Part shown: piece by piece, positions 44,777 to 55,101 of the stretch | Position numbering within the stretch: the stretch's first letter is position 1 | How the letters are laid out: every line of letters starts with the position of its first letter | Position numbers and translations under genes: made by a program | Assembly (NCBI RefSeq): GCF_033283405.1 | Contig: NZ_JAWMQR010000007.1 | Coordinates: 148,807 to 212,806 of the forward strand | Length of the DNA: 64,000 nt | Reading direction: 5' to 3' | From: Halioxenophilus sp. WMMB6 | Lineage (GTDB): Bacteria; Pseudomonadota; Gammaproteobacteria; Pseudomonadales; Cellvibrionaceae | Notes under the pieces: model-generated | Seen by the model: only the letters and a program-made list of their open reading frames with translations | Database searches by the model: none | What the model was told of the DNA's origin: nothing

Positions 44777-47017
44777 ATGAAACGAAATCAGCACAAACCC
44801 GCCTCTTTTGTTAAAGCCCTGCTGGCCGCGTCGATCGCTGCGGCGCCTTCGGTCTGGGCAGAAACCGAAAAATATCTGGAAGAGGTGATTGTTACTGCCG
44901 AGCACCGTGAGGTGGGGCTGCAGGAGACACAGATCTCCTTAAGTGCTTTTTCTGATGACGATATTAACCAGCTCGGTATTAGTAATGGTTTGGATATTGG
45001 TGACTATGTTGCCAACCTCAATGCCCAGCCGTATGTCGGTGGCCGTTCGGGTGTCTCTTACAATATTCGCGGGGTGGGTAATGCCGAAACGCTCATCACC
45101 TTTGACCCGGCTGTCAGTGTTTACATCGACGGGGTATTGATTGCCAAAAATACCGGCTCCCTGTTGGATGTGTTGGAACTGCAGCGCGTGGAGGTGCTGC
45201 GCGGGCCACAGGGCACGCTCTATGGCCGCAACACTATGGGTGGAGCGGTTAATTACATCACTAAAAAGCCCACCAACGAATTTGAGGCCAGTGTTAAAAC
45301 CACCATTGGCAGCTATGGTCAGGCCGATCTGCGCGGCATGATTAACGTGCCGATTGCCACTGCCGACAGTGCCATTGGTGAATTAAATATGCGTGCCTCG
45401 GCGGCGTTGATCAATCGCGACGGTATTCAGGATAACGATTTTCCAGGTGCCGCTCAGGATGAGTTGGGTACTAAAGATCGCGACGTGGCCATGGTCCAGC
45501 TGATGTGGGCACCCACCGAAGCCTTCTCTGCCAATTACAGCTATGACCGGACCCGTATCGACGAAGAGCAGGAGACCGCCTGGGTGACCGGCGTGCGCCC
45601 TGGCAGCCTGGGCGATATTTTTGGTCTAAGTGCCTATACCGCTGAAGAGAATGATCGGCCCGACTCCATTTCGGTAAACGATGCGCACGGCACCAACACC
45701 GATGTTGATGGCCACGCATTGACCCTGGCCTGGGATATCAACGAAAACTTAACCCTCGACTCAATCACTGGTTACCGCACCATGGAGAATCTGGGGATGC
45801 AGGATTCCGATGGTACTCCGGTCTCCTTATTGGCCACCCGCGATCTACAGGAGAATGAATCACTCTCCCAGGAGTTCCGACTGGTCGGTTCGGCCATGGA
45901 GCAGCAACTGCACTTCTCCACCGGCCTGTTCTATATGGATGAAGAGGGTGATGTCTATAACGAAACCACCATTTTGGGCGGCTCCAGATCCAATGTTGCC
46001 AACTACACCAACGAAGCCTGGGCCGCCTATGGCCAGTTTACCTACGACATTACCGAGGCGTTGGATATCACCGTTGGCTTGCGTTACACCGAAGAGACCC
46101 GGGACATGGAAAAGGTGGCCTTTGCCTCTTCCTCGTTTGCCAACCCGGTATTTCTCAACGAGATTCGCGCTCAGTATGGTGATCAGTTCTATCCCAAGGC
46201 GAGCCGCGATTTCGATAACCTCTCCGGATTGGTCTCCGTCAGCTACGACTGGAATGACGATATCATGAGCTACTTTAAAGTGAGCTCGGGTTATCAGTCC
46301 GGCGGCTTTAATGTGCGCGATACCACGGTTGAAGATTTCACCCGCGGTTTTGATGAGGAGACCCTGATCTCCTATGAGTTGGGTACCAAGGCGCAGTTCG
46401 CCAGCCGCTATCAGTTTAATACGGCACTCTGGTACAGCGATTACGATGATAAGCGGGTTAATAACCTCAATCCGCAGACCTTATCGCAGACGGTGCGCAA
46501 CGCCGGTGTGGTGAAAATCTGGGGTTTGGAGGCGGAGTTCCTGGCCCAGCTCACCGATACCATTCAAATTGGTATCAACTACGGTCATGTCGATCCGGAG
46601 TATAGCGAGTACGATTTTCTGGAATCCGATGGCACCATCACCGATAAATCCGATACCACCAATTTTGCCTACGCTCCGGAAAACAGTGTCAATGCCCACA
46701 TCGCCTACGAGCAGCCGCTGAATTTCGGCCTGCTGCGTGCGCGAATGGATTACAGCTATCGCGATGAGATGACCTTCCTCTCTGCCCAGCCAGAGCGTAA
46801 CTCATCGAAGGAGGCAAAAATAATGAATGCGCGAGTCTCACTGGAAGAGATTCAGCTTGCCGGTGATATGAATATGCGCGTGGGTGCCTGGGTGAAAAAC
46901 CTCACCGATGAGGGCTACTGGAATTTCGGCGTTAATATTTACGATACCTTTGGTTTCGACATCAATACCTACGGCGAACCAAGAACTTTTGGCGTGGAAG
47001 TCGAAGTTCTATTCTAG
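44777..47017 (+). CDS. TonB-dependent outer-membrane receptor
   Basis: Signal peptide MKRNQHKPASFVKALLAASIAAAPSVWA. TonB box/plug (EEVIVTAEHRE). Barrel ending ...VEVEVLF. Confidence 0.85.
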   Translation: MKRNQHKPASFVKALLAASIAAAPSVWAETEKYLEEVIVTAEHREVGLQETQISLSAFSDDDINQLGISNGLDIGDYVANLNAQPYVGGRSGVSYNIRGVGNAETLITFDPAVSVYIDGVLIAKNTGSLLDVLELQRVEVLRGPQGTLYGRNTMGGAVNYITKKPTNEFEASVKTTIGSYGQADLRGMINVPIATADSAIGELNMRASAALINRDGIQDNDFPGAAQDELGTKDRDVAMVQLMWAPTEAFSANYSYDRTRIDEEQETAWVTGVRPGSLGDIFGLSAYTAEENDRPDSISVNDAHGTNTDVDGHALTLAWDINENLTLDSITGYRTMENLGMQDSDGTPVSLLATRDLQENESLSQEFRLVGSAMEQQLHFSTGLFYMDEEGDVYNETTILGGSRSNVANYTNEAWAAYGQFTYDITEALDITVGLRYTEETRDMEKVAFASSSFANPVFLNEIRAQYGDQFYPKASRDFDNLSGLVSVSYDWNDDIMSYFKVSSGYQSGGFNVRDTTVEDFTRGFDEETLISYELGTKAQFASRYQFNTALWYSDYDDKRVNNLNPQTLSQTVRNAGVVKIWGLEAEFLAQLTDTIQIGINYGHVDPEYSEYDFLESDGTITDKSDTTNFAYAPENSVNAHIAYEQPLNFGLLRARMDYSYRDEMTFLSAQPERNSSKEAKIMNARVSLEEIQLAGDMNMRVGAWVKNLTDEGYWNFGVNIYDTFGFDINTYGEPRTFGVEVEVLF

Positions 47018-47034
47018 TTTGTTTGTGCTTCTTA

Positions 47035-47060
47035 GGGCGGCTTCGGCCGCCCATTTTTTT
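47035..47060 (+). terminator. rho-independent terminator (gggcggc-ttcg-gccgccc + T7)
   Basis: Classic GC stem, tetraloop and U-run 18 nt after the TBDR stop. Confidence 0.85.
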
Positions 47061-47304
47061 GTTTAGTTTGCTCTACCCTTCGAACCGGCCGTGCTAATTT
47101 TCACCCGCGGTCGTGATTCATTTTTACTCTAATGCTCAATAATTTTATTCGTTTTATGACTGGGCGTGAACACATGCAACTGCTGTAAAATTCTCCGCTT
47201 CTAGTTTTGAATATTAATGAGTTTTTCGCTTGAAAAGCTTGGCTAACCGTTAATGTCGGCCGCCTTGTTGTTTGGCGTAACCACCCCAGATTTGCGAGTG
47301 ACCT

Positions 47305-47652
47305 ATGAAAAATTTTCCCGACCACTTTAAAGAACTCACTGAATGGATGGAGAAGCTGGGTTTGGCCATGCCGGAGGTGATGCAGGGATTTGGGATTCTG
47401 CATGAAGCCAGTATCAAACCGGGCGCGCTAACGGCGAAAACCAAAGAGCTGATCGCCTTGGGAATTGCCATTACTGTCCGCTGCGACGGATGCATCTCGT
47501 TCCATGTACACGATGCCCTGCAAGCCGGCGCCAGCAAGGAGGAAGTGGCTGAGACTGTCTCGGTAGCCATTTTAATGGGCGGTGGGCCATCGGTCGCTTA
47601 TGGTATTGAGGCGATGCAGGCGCTAATGCAATTTCAGCGGCAGGGAGTGTAA
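47305..47652 (+). CDS. carboxymuconolactone decarboxylase (CMD/AhpD-like) family protein
   Basis: 115 aa with conserved CxxC-H region (TVRCDGCISFHVHDA). Confidence 0.8.
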   Translation: MKNFPDHFKELTEWMEKLGLAMPEVMQGFGILHEASIKPGALTAKTKELIALGIAITVRCDGCISFHVHDALQAGASKEEVAETVSVAILMGGGPSVAYGIEAMQALMQFQRQGV

Positions 47653-47779
47653 GTCGAACCTGAGCAGGTCAGGCGCTTACAGCCCGGCAGAACAACTGGC
47701 TGGCGATAATCCGGTTATGGTGTGGCAGGGTTATCGCTGCCCGAGCCCTGCGTGATAATGCTCTACTTGTCGGCTGTGC

Positions 47780-48226
47780 TTATGGCAGCCGGGCCAGGGT
47801 GAAAAAGAGGTACTGTGTATCGCCTTTTTTGTCCATTACGCCCAGAACGTGGTTGTCGTCGATTTTGGCGAAGTGATCAAAGATGGGGTGTGAATCATAA
47901 ACCATGGTGGCGGTGCACTTACCGCGAAAGCAGACCTCGCGCAAAGAGGCAGTGCCCAGTATCGGGTTGGTGTAGCGTTCGCCGGCACTATTTTGGCTGA
48001 TGATTGGTTCGACATCGTTGGCGGCGTGGAAGCTTTTGCCAACCCACTTCAGCCCCAGCAGTTGTGACTCGCCGGGGTGGCCGGTTAACAGCACCTCGCC
48101 CTGCCATTGGCCGAGCATAAAGTCGCTGGTGACAGGCTCCAGGCTGTCAAAATAGCCGAGCAGTTCGTCACTTGTGTAGGTTTTATCGGTGTTCAAGGGT
48201 GCCTTGGGGGCTAGTGTGCTGTTCAT
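47780..48226 (-). CDS. GXWXG / DUF4334 domain protein
   Basis: GQWQGEV GxWxG motif and the downstream DUF4334-like region. Confidence 0.7.
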   Translation of the reverse strand: MNSTLAPKAPLNTDKTYTSDELLGYFDSLEPVTSDFMLGQWQGEVLLTGHPGESQLLGLKWVGKSFHAANDVEPIISQNSAGERYTNPILGTASLREVCFRGKCTATMVYDSHPIFDHFAKIDDNHVLGVMDKKGDTQYLFFTLARLP

Positions 48227-48264
48227 AGGTGTTCTCTCTTAGCGAACAAAAACCGCGCTTGTTG

Positions 48265-49356
48265 TTATTTCATTAGCAGTACAGGCTTGATGGTTTTGCC
48301 AGATTTCATATCTTCCACCGCCCGTTCAATGTCGCTAAATGGGTAGGTGGTCACCAGCTTGTGCAAAGGTAACTGGCCCTGGCGATACCAGTCGATCATC
48401 TGTGGAATAAACACTTTTGGATCGGCATCGCCCTCAACTGTACCCATGATCGACAAACCCTTGAAAACCAGCGCCAAGGGGTCTATGGGCAGTGGGGCCT
48501 TACTGCTTGGCAGCCCGGCGCAGAGCAGTTTGCCACGCGCCAACAATAGGCCGACCGCCTGTTCAATAACCGCCGGATGGCTGGTGCAGTCGAATACAGC
48601 GTGCAAGCCGCCGATTGCCTTCACGGTCGCTTTCAGGTCGTCTTGCTCCGCCACTATGCCGACCGTGGCGCCGAGATCGCGGGCAAGTTGCACCCGTTGC
48701 GGATTGTGGTCGACAGCGATAATTTCGCCGCACTCCTGTAGCCGGGCGGCAATCACCGCCGCCAGTCCCACACTACCGCAGCCGAAAATGGCGATGTGCG
48801 AGCCGGGCTCAACCGCCAGTACATTCACCACTGACGACATCCCCGTCATAATACCGCAGCCGAGCGGAGCCATTAAGGCGGCCGGTAAATCCTCAGCAAT
48901 TTTTACCATGTTGGTGGTGCGGGCGACGGCGTGGGTGGCAAAGGACGATTGTGAAAAAAAGTGGCCGGCAATGGCTTGACCCTGTTGTTGTAGCGCTGAG
49001 CTGCCATCAGCCCGGCGACCGGCAAAATTCATTAGGCCGGCCTGGTTGCAATAGGAGGGGGTGTGTTGTTGGCAGGGGCTGCAGTGGCCGCAGGCACCAA
49101 AACTCATAATTACCCGGTCGCCTACTCTGAAGTCGTTTACCTCTGGCCCCACTTTAATGATAACGCCGACACCTTCGTGGCCGAGGACGATGGGTTGTGG
49201 TGTGGGCAGGGCGCCGCTGGCGGCGGTGAGATCGGTGTGGCAAATACCACAGGCCTCCAACTCCACCAGGCACTCGCCGGCAACCAGTGGGCCAATCTCA
49301 ACGGGTTCAATGGTAAACGGTGCTTGGGGACGGGTGACGGCGGCTAGAATTTCCAT
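48265..49356 (-). CDS. zinc-dependent alcohol dehydrogenase (MDR family)
   Basis: Catalytic Zn (GICHTDL, GHEGVG), structural Zn Cys cluster (CGHCSPCQQ) and Rossmann GCGSVG. Confidence 0.85.
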   Translation of the reverse strand: MEILAAVTRPQAPFTIEPVEIGPLVAGECLVELEACGICHTDLTAASGALPTPQPIVLGHEGVGVIIKVGPEVNDFRVGDRVIMSFGACGHCSPCQQHTPSYCNQAGLMNFAGRRADGSSALQQQGQAIAGHFFSQSSFATHAVARTTNMVKIAEDLPAALMAPLGCGIMTGMSSVVNVLAVEPGSHIAIFGCGSVGLAAVIAARLQECGEIIAVDHNPQRVQLARDLGATVGIVAEQDDLKATVKAIGGLHAVFDCTSHPAVIEQAVGLLLARGKLLCAGLPSSKAPLPIDPLALVFKGLSIMGTVEGDADPKVFIPQMIDWYRQGQLPLHKLVTTYPFSDIERAVEDMKSGKTIKPVLLMK

Positions 49357-49368
49357 AGTTACGTCCTA

Positions 49369-51063
49369 CTACTGCCAAATAATTTTATGGCCGCTGCTGC
49401 GCCAATGATCGGCGTTGGCCAGGTAGCGCGCCTCGATTTTATCGCGCCGTAATTTCATGGTTGGCGTTAACATGCCGCTCTCGATTGTCCATGCGTCGGG
49501 GGCAATGACCAGGTAGTCGAGCTGTTCGTGATCTTCCAGTGTGCTGTTAACTTGCGTCAGCAGTTCGCTGAATTGATGCTCCAGCTCATTTCTATTACTG
49601 ATTGCGCCAGGCGCCAACACCGCCAGGGCAAAAGGTTGCGGTTGCCCTGGCCCGGTGACACACACCACTTCCAGTGCAGGGTGTGCCAATTTGTTTTCAA
49701 TAGGAACCGGCGCCACGTATTTGCCTTTGCTGGTTTTAAACAGCTCTTTAACGCGGCCGGTTATGCGCAGATTGCCTTGTTCATCCAATTCACCGCGATC
49801 GCCGGTACGGAAATAGCCTTCAGCATCGTAGCTCTCCAGGGTGGCCTCGGCATTTTTATAGTAACCCAGCATCTGCCCCGGGCTCTTCACCAGAATCTCC
49901 CCGGTTGCGTCGATTTTGCACTCGACTCCGGGCAGGGGTACACCCACGTAACCGGGGCGCACCTGGCCTGGTTGCGTGCCGTGGGAAGTGGCGGCATTTT
50001 CGGTCATGCCAAACACCTCCAAAAATTCCAGGCCCAAACTGCGATACCAGGCCACAATATTGGCCGGCAGCGGGGCGGCACCGGTTAAACCCAGTCGTGT
50101 GCAGTCGAGCCCCAATTGCCGCAATATTTTCTGCTTCACCCGTGGGCCAATCAGCGGCAGGGTAAATAGCAGTTTCTGTTTGCGGGGCGATAGCTTGATG
50201 CTCACCGCCTGATAAAATTTGGTCCACAGGCGCGGTACACTAAAAAAGCGTGTTGGCCGGGCACGCCGCAGATCTTGGCTGAAGGTCTCCAGGGAGTCAT
50301 TAAAAAAAACCTGGAAACCAAACACCAGTGAGGGAATCTCCACCGCTACCCGCTCGGCAATATGGGCCAGCGGCAGGTAGGAGAGCATGCGATCCGCTTC
50401 GCCCGGGTGCCATAACTGCTTGGTTGACTGGCAAGGGGCAATTAACGAGCGATAGCAGTGCATCACCCCCTTGGGTTTGCCGGTGGTGCCGGAGGTATAC
50501 ACTATGGTGGCCAAGGCCTCGGCATCGCGTTTATCGACCACGGTAAGCGGCCAGAAATCACGCATAATATTTTCCCAGCTTTGGTGATAGGCAAAATCAT
50601 CGGTCGCTGGTGCCAACGGCAGGGCTACCACCGGCAGCTCGGCGGGAAACACGGTTTTTAATTGCTGCCAACTGTCATCGGCGCCACCCATCTTACCTAC
50701 AAAAATAAGTTTGGCCTGGCAGTGTTCAATTATATAACTGGCGCTGTCCGGATTGAGCGTGGCATACAAGGGTACCGACACATGGCCGGCCATCCAGATG
50801 GCCAGATCGGCAATCAGCCAGTGGGCGCTGTTTTTACCCAATAAAATAATATTGCTCTGCGCGGGCAAGTTTAATGAGTATAAAAAGTTGGCCAGCCGCA
50901 GAGCTTGGTCGGCCACCTCCGACCAGGTGAAAGTTTGCACCTGGCCATAGGCCAGAGGCTGCGTCAAGTAGATGCTATCGCCTTTGCTGGCCGTCCAGTG
51001 CAACAGATAATCCACCGGTGACATGGCCTGTTCCAGGGCCGAGTGCCGAACTAGACTGGTCAT
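49369..51063 (-). CDS. long-chain fatty-acid--CoA ligase (AMP-binding enzyme)
   Basis: GGAGG RBS before ATG 51063. AMP-binding signature YTSGTTGKPKGVMH. The start abuts the upstream ALDH stop. Confidence 0.85.
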   Translation of the reverse strand: MTSLVRHSALEQAMSPVDYLLHWTASKGDSIYLTQPLAYGQVQTFTWSEVADQALRLANFLYSLNLPAQSNIILLGKNSAHWLIADLAIWMAGHVSVPLYATLNPDSASYIIEHCQAKLIFVGKMGGADDSWQQLKTVFPAELPVVALPLAPATDDFAYHQSWENIMRDFWPLTVVDKRDAEALATIVYTSGTTGKPKGVMHCYRSLIAPCQSTKQLWHPGEADRMLSYLPLAHIAERVAVEIPSLVFGFQVFFNDSLETFSQDLRRARPTRFFSVPRLWTKFYQAVSIKLSPRKQKLLFTLPLIGPRVKQKILRQLGLDCTRLGLTGAAPLPANIVAWYRSLGLEFLEVFGMTENAATSHGTQPGQVRPGYVGVPLPGVECKIDATGEILVKSPGQMLGYYKNAEATLESYDAEGYFRTGDRGELDEQGNLRITGRVKELFKTSKGKYVAPVPIENKLAHPALEVVCVTGPGQPQPFALAVLAPGAISNRNELEHQFSELLTQVNSTLEDHEQLDYLVIAPDAWTIESGMLTPTMKLRRDKIEARYLANADHWRSSGHKIIWQ

Positions 51064-52562
51064 GGTCGGTAGGCCTCCAGTCGCTCCCGTTGCAGTCGTC
51101 TGCCGAGCAGAGAACCCATCACCCACTCGAATGCTTTACCGTAGGGTGGCTTCAGAAGTTTGGTGTTCATAAAGCGGCTGGTAAAAAAGACTCCGCGTTT
51201 TTTGGAGAAGGTTTCAAAACTGTGGAAGCCGTGGTACTGCCCCATGCCACTGGCACCCACGCCCCCAAAGGGGAGCTCGTGTTGCGCCACGTGAAAAACA
51301 CAACCGTTGATGGTTACGCCGCCGGAGAGTGTTTGGTTAAGCATCTGCTCAACACGGCCGGCGTTGTTATCGAAGTAGTAGAGCGCCAGTGGCCGGTCGC
51401 GCTTATTAACGTAGGCGATGGCTTCATCCAGGTTACGGTAGGTGACGATGGGCAGGATCGGGCCAAAAATCTCCTCTTGCAAGAGCGCACAGGAGTCCGG
51501 GCAGTACCAGATGAGTGTTGGTGGAAAAACCTGATTATCCCGGCTGCAGGCTTCATTGCCGTTGTTTACCTGAATCATCTTGGCACCTTTGGCGGTGGCC
51601 TCGTTCAGCCAACCCTGCAAGCGATCAAAATGGTCGCCATTAATTAACCGGGTGTAATCGGGGTTGTTTACCAACCTTGGGTAGGCGCGGGCGATGTGCG
51701 CTTGGCAGAGTTCTAAAACCTCGTGCAGTTGTTTCTCGTGTACCAGCAGATAATCGGGGGCAACGCAGGTTTGTCCGGCGTTGATAAATTTGGCAAAGAC
51801 AATTTCAGCAATGGCTTTAGCGAGCGGATAATCCGGGGCAATAATGGTTGGCGACTTGCCGCCCAGCTCCAGTGTTACCGGTGTCAGGTTGGCTGCCGCC
51901 TGCGCCATAATTTTGCGCCCGACGTTGGTCGAGCCGGTAAATATCAGGTGGTCAAACGGCAGCGAGGAGAATGCCCGGGTGTCGGCGGTGCTGCCGGTAA
52001 CCACCGCGACGTAATCCTCGCTGAAAATTTCGCTCAATAACATCTGTAGCAGTTGGCTGGTAGCGGGAGTATTAGTAGAGGGTTTAATCATGGCGTGGTT
52101 GCCCGCTGCCAGCGCGCCAATTAATGGTGACAAGGTCAGCAGCAGGGGGTAGTTGTAGCTGCCGATAATGCCAATAACCCCCAGTGGCTGATAATAGAGC
52201 CGGCTGCGACTCGGTTGAAACAGTGCATTGGTGGCAATTTTTTTGGGCTTCATCCAGCGGCGCAGATGTTTTTTGGTGTAGCGAATTTCATCAATTAAAC
52301 CGAACAGTTCCAGTTGCAATGTCTCGGCGGCGGAGCGACCGTTAAAGTCGCTGTTCAGTGCGGCAATTAACTGCTGGCGATGGCCGAGCAGCGTCTGCTG
52401 TAATTGATCGAGCGCGGCGATTCGCTGGTGGTAGGGGATCGCTTCTGGCCGGGCCATAAAGGCGGTTCGACAAAGGTCAAAGCTCACCTCTAGCGCCGTG
52501 CCCTGAGGCCGAGTGGGCGCCTCCGCCTCCATTTGCACTACTTTTTGGTCGGACAGCAGCAT
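51060..52562 (-). CDS. NAD(P)-dependent aldehyde dehydrogenase (coniferyl/fatty-aldehyde dehydrogenase-like, ALDH3 type)
   Basis: ELGGKSP catalytic Glu motif, Cys region (GQTCVAPDY) and overall ALDH fold. Confidence 0.85.
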   Translation of the reverse strand: MLLSDQKVVQMEAEAPTRPQGTALEVSFDLCRTAFMARPEAIPYHQRIAALDQLQQTLLGHRQQLIAALNSDFNGRSAAETLQLELFGLIDEIRYTKKHLRRWMKPKKIATNALFQPSRSRLYYQPLGVIGIIGSYNYPLLLTLSPLIGALAAGNHAMIKPSTNTPATSQLLQMLLSEIFSEDYVAVVTGSTADTRAFSSLPFDHLIFTGSTNVGRKIMAQAAANLTPVTLELGGKSPTIIAPDYPLAKAIAEIVFAKFINAGQTCVAPDYLLVHEKQLHEVLELCQAHIARAYPRLVNNPDYTRLINGDHFDRLQGWLNEATAKGAKMIQVNNGNEACSRDNQVFPPTLIWYCPDSCALLQEEIFGPILPIVTYRNLDEAIAYVNKRDRPLALYYFDNNAGRVEQMLNQTLSGGVTINGCVFHVAQHELPFGGVGASGMGQYHGFHSFETFSKKRGVFFTSRFMNTKLLKPPYGKAFEWVMGSLLGRRLQRERLEAYRP

Positions 52563-52640
52563 AGTCCCCTCTCCGTAAGCTTCACTGTTCTTTATGTGGT
52601 TAATTAGCGTGGCTAAATTGTGATGTTACTGGTTGGCTTG

Positions 52641-53783
52641 TTATAGAGAGCGGGCAATCAGCTCTTTCATTATTTCGTTGGTGCCGCCGTAGATGCGTCC
52701 GGCACGGGAGTCGATATACGCCCGGGCGATGGGGTATTCGAGCATATAACCATAGCCGCCGTGGAGCTGCACACCTTCATCCACCACCCGGCAGGCCAGC
52801 TCTGAAGTCCACAGCTTGGCGGCGGCGGCCGCTTCCTGAGTCAGTTCACCTTTGAGCACCAGCTCCAGGCAGCGATCGACAAATTGTTGGCCAACCGCGA
52901 TTTCCGTTTTCATCTCCGCCAATTTAAAGCGGGTATTTTGATAAGCAACCACGGGCTGACCAAATACGCGCCGATCCTGGGTGTAGGCGAGGGTGGCGTC
53001 ATAGGCGCCTTGAGCGGTAGCGACGGAAAGAATGGCAATAATCAAACGCTCCCAGGCCAGCTCCTGCATCAATTGGCTGAAGCCCCGGCCCTCTTCGCTG
53101 CCGAGCAGATTGCTTTGCGGCACCCGTACATTGTCAAAAAATAGCTCGCAGGTATCCTGTGCTTTCATGCCGACCTTGTGCAGGGGTTTGGCCTTGCTAA
53201 AACCTTCCCGGCCCGCCTCCACCAGCACCAGCGACAGATCTTTTGAACCGCTGCCGCTGTTGCCGGTTTTAACGACCACCACAATGATGTCGGCCAGGTA
53301 ACCGTTGGTGATAAATATTTTGGAGCCGCTAATAATATAGTCATCTCCCTCTTTTACCGCCTTGGCTTTGATGGATTGCAGATCGGAACCGGTACCCGGT
53401 TCGGTCATGGCCACCGCCCCCACAGCTTCGCCACTGGCCATTTTCGGAAGCCAGTGGTGCTTCTGCTCTTGCGTACCAAAATTGTAAATATAGTTGGCAA
53501 CGATATCGGAGTGCACGGCAAAGCCGGGGCCAGTAGCGCCCACGTAACTCTGTTCTTCCATCAGTACGGTGCTGTAGAGGCGATCGCCGCCCATACCACC
53601 GTACTCTTCGGGAATAGTCATACAGAGCAGACCCAGTTCACCGGCACGATTCCAAACCTGACGATCAATATGCTGCTGCTCTTCCCAGCGGGCGTGATGC
53701 GGCATAATTTCCTGATCAATAAAGCGGCGTACCATGCGACGAAATTCGTCGTGGCCGGAGTTAAATAGCGTACGCGGCAACAT
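52641..53783 (-). CDS. acyl-CoA dehydrogenase
   Basis: AGGAG RBS before ATG 53783. ACAD N/M/C domain pattern and catalytic region (YGGYGYMLEYPIARAYIDSR). Confidence 0.85.
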   Translation of the reverse strand: MLPRTLFNSGHDEFRRMVRRFIDQEIMPHHARWEEQQHIDRQVWNRAGELGLLCMTIPEEYGGMGGDRLYSTVLMEEQSYVGATGPGFAVHSDIVANYIYNFGTQEQKHHWLPKMASGEAVGAVAMTEPGTGSDLQSIKAKAVKEGDDYIISGSKIFITNGYLADIIVVVVKTGNSGSGSKDLSLVLVEAGREGFSKAKPLHKVGMKAQDTCELFFDNVRVPQSNLLGSEEGRGFSQLMQELAWERLIIAILSVATAQGAYDATLAYTQDRRVFGQPVVAYQNTRFKLAEMKTEIAVGQQFVDRCLELVLKGELTQEAAAAAKLWTSELACRVVDEGVQLHGGYGYMLEYPIARAYIDSRAGRIYGGTNEIMKELIARSL

Positions 53784-53808
53784 GGTTATCTCCTGCAAAC
53801 TTTTTTAT

Positions 53809-54954
53809 TTAATAATCTTTGGGTGTTATCTGTTTCAATCGTTGGGACAACAGCTCCAAACTCTGCCAGTCCAATACTGCTTGCGCGCAGCGGTCAATTA
53901 ATTGCGCAGTCATCGGCTTCTGCTCTTCGGGCAACAAGCCATAGGCGCAAACCGACGCGATCAGTGGGCCGCACAGGTTGTAGCGGTAGTCGCTTACCAT
54001 TTCAGCAGCCGAGTACTGTCGGCCGCCCTGTTCAAACTGGCGGCGATACTCATCCAGCAGAATGTTTTCGTATTGTCGACGGGTGGCGACGGTTAAGCTC
54101 TTGGCCAACAGACAGGTGATATCAAACATGGGGTTGCGCAAACCGCAGAACTGCCAGTTGATCAGGCTGGCCCGCCAGTGGTTGGCTGTTGCTGCGCTAA
54201 ACAGTGCATTACTGATGCGCGCGTCACCATGGGTGATGGTGATGCCTTGGCGCTCAAAGCGGTGCCAGGGGGCAACCAGTGGTTGCAGTTGTTGCAACAG
54301 CTCAAGGAGTTCAGCACTAACGCCGGCCAAGTTTGGCGAGTGGAGTTGCGCTAAGCCGTGGCGAAAGTGGTTGGCAATTTGTTCGGCGCCGGTGCGCAGT
54401 CGTACCAGCCAGCGCGGTGCTGAGGCCGGCGACGTGCCCATAAAGCAGCCGTGCAAAACGGCCAGCTCAGCCAGTACCGCCCGCACCTGGGGGAGATAGT
54501 GCTGGTCCAATACCTGGTTGCGATCAAAGGCATCACCGTCGTCGGCCATCAACAGGTTAAATTGGTCGCCATCGTTGGCGGAAAAATAAATTTTTGGCAC
54601 ACGACAGGTGTGGTGGTAGTGCAACTCGGCGTAGGCGGCTGCCTCCCTGTTAAAAAGAGCGCTGGTCATGTGGCCGAGATTCCGGCGGAGATTAGGTCGC
54701 GAAATTTTTACCAAAAGGTGCTTCGGTAATAATTTCGCCTCCTGGAAGTGCAGGTGAATACGGGTGGTAAAATCGAAATGATTTTCCGCAACCGCTTCAC
54801 AGGCGACGGCGGCAATGGGTGGCAGACAGGTATCGTGGTAGCAGAGTGTACGGGTGAGCCAGTCGATATTGATATCACTGGCATCACGCAAGAGCCGCTG
54901 GACCCGTGCGGGCTTGCCACCAGGATGCTGCGCTGAATGCCAGGGATAATTCAT
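53809..54954 (-). CDS. phosphotransferase (APH/ChoK-like kinase fold) family protein
   Basis: HGD catalytic motif (ITITHGDARISNALF) and D-x-x-x-x-N region. Immediately upstream of, and co-oriented with, the ACAD gene. Confidence 0.7.
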   Translation of the reverse strand: MNYPWHSAQHPGGKPARVQRLLRDASDINIDWLTRTLCYHDTCLPPIAAVACEAVAENHFDFTTRIHLHFQEAKLLPKHLLVKISRPNLRRNLGHMTSALFNREAAAYAELHYHHTCRVPKIYFSANDGDQFNLLMADDGDAFDRNQVLDQHYLPQVRAVLAELAVLHGCFMGTSPASAPRWLVRLRTGAEQIANHFRHGLAQLHSPNLAGVSAELLELLQQLQPLVAPWHRFERQGITITHGDARISNALFSAATANHWRASLINWQFCGLRNPMFDITCLLAKSLTVATRRQYENILLDEYRRQFEQGGRQYSAAEMVSDYRYNLCGPLIASVCAYGLLPEEQKPMTAQLIDRCAQAVLDWQSLELLSQRLKQITPKDY

Positions 54955-55101
54955 AGTTCAATCCAGTTGCTGCTCTGGTACAGCTGGTGACGTTTGGTCA
55001 TTGAATTAAATTGCCGCGTCGGGTCTATTGGCCAGTTACTGCCGGCCAGCAGGGTTGTGCTGGCCGGCAGTGGTACTACTGTCTTGACTGGTAGCGGCGC
55101 G

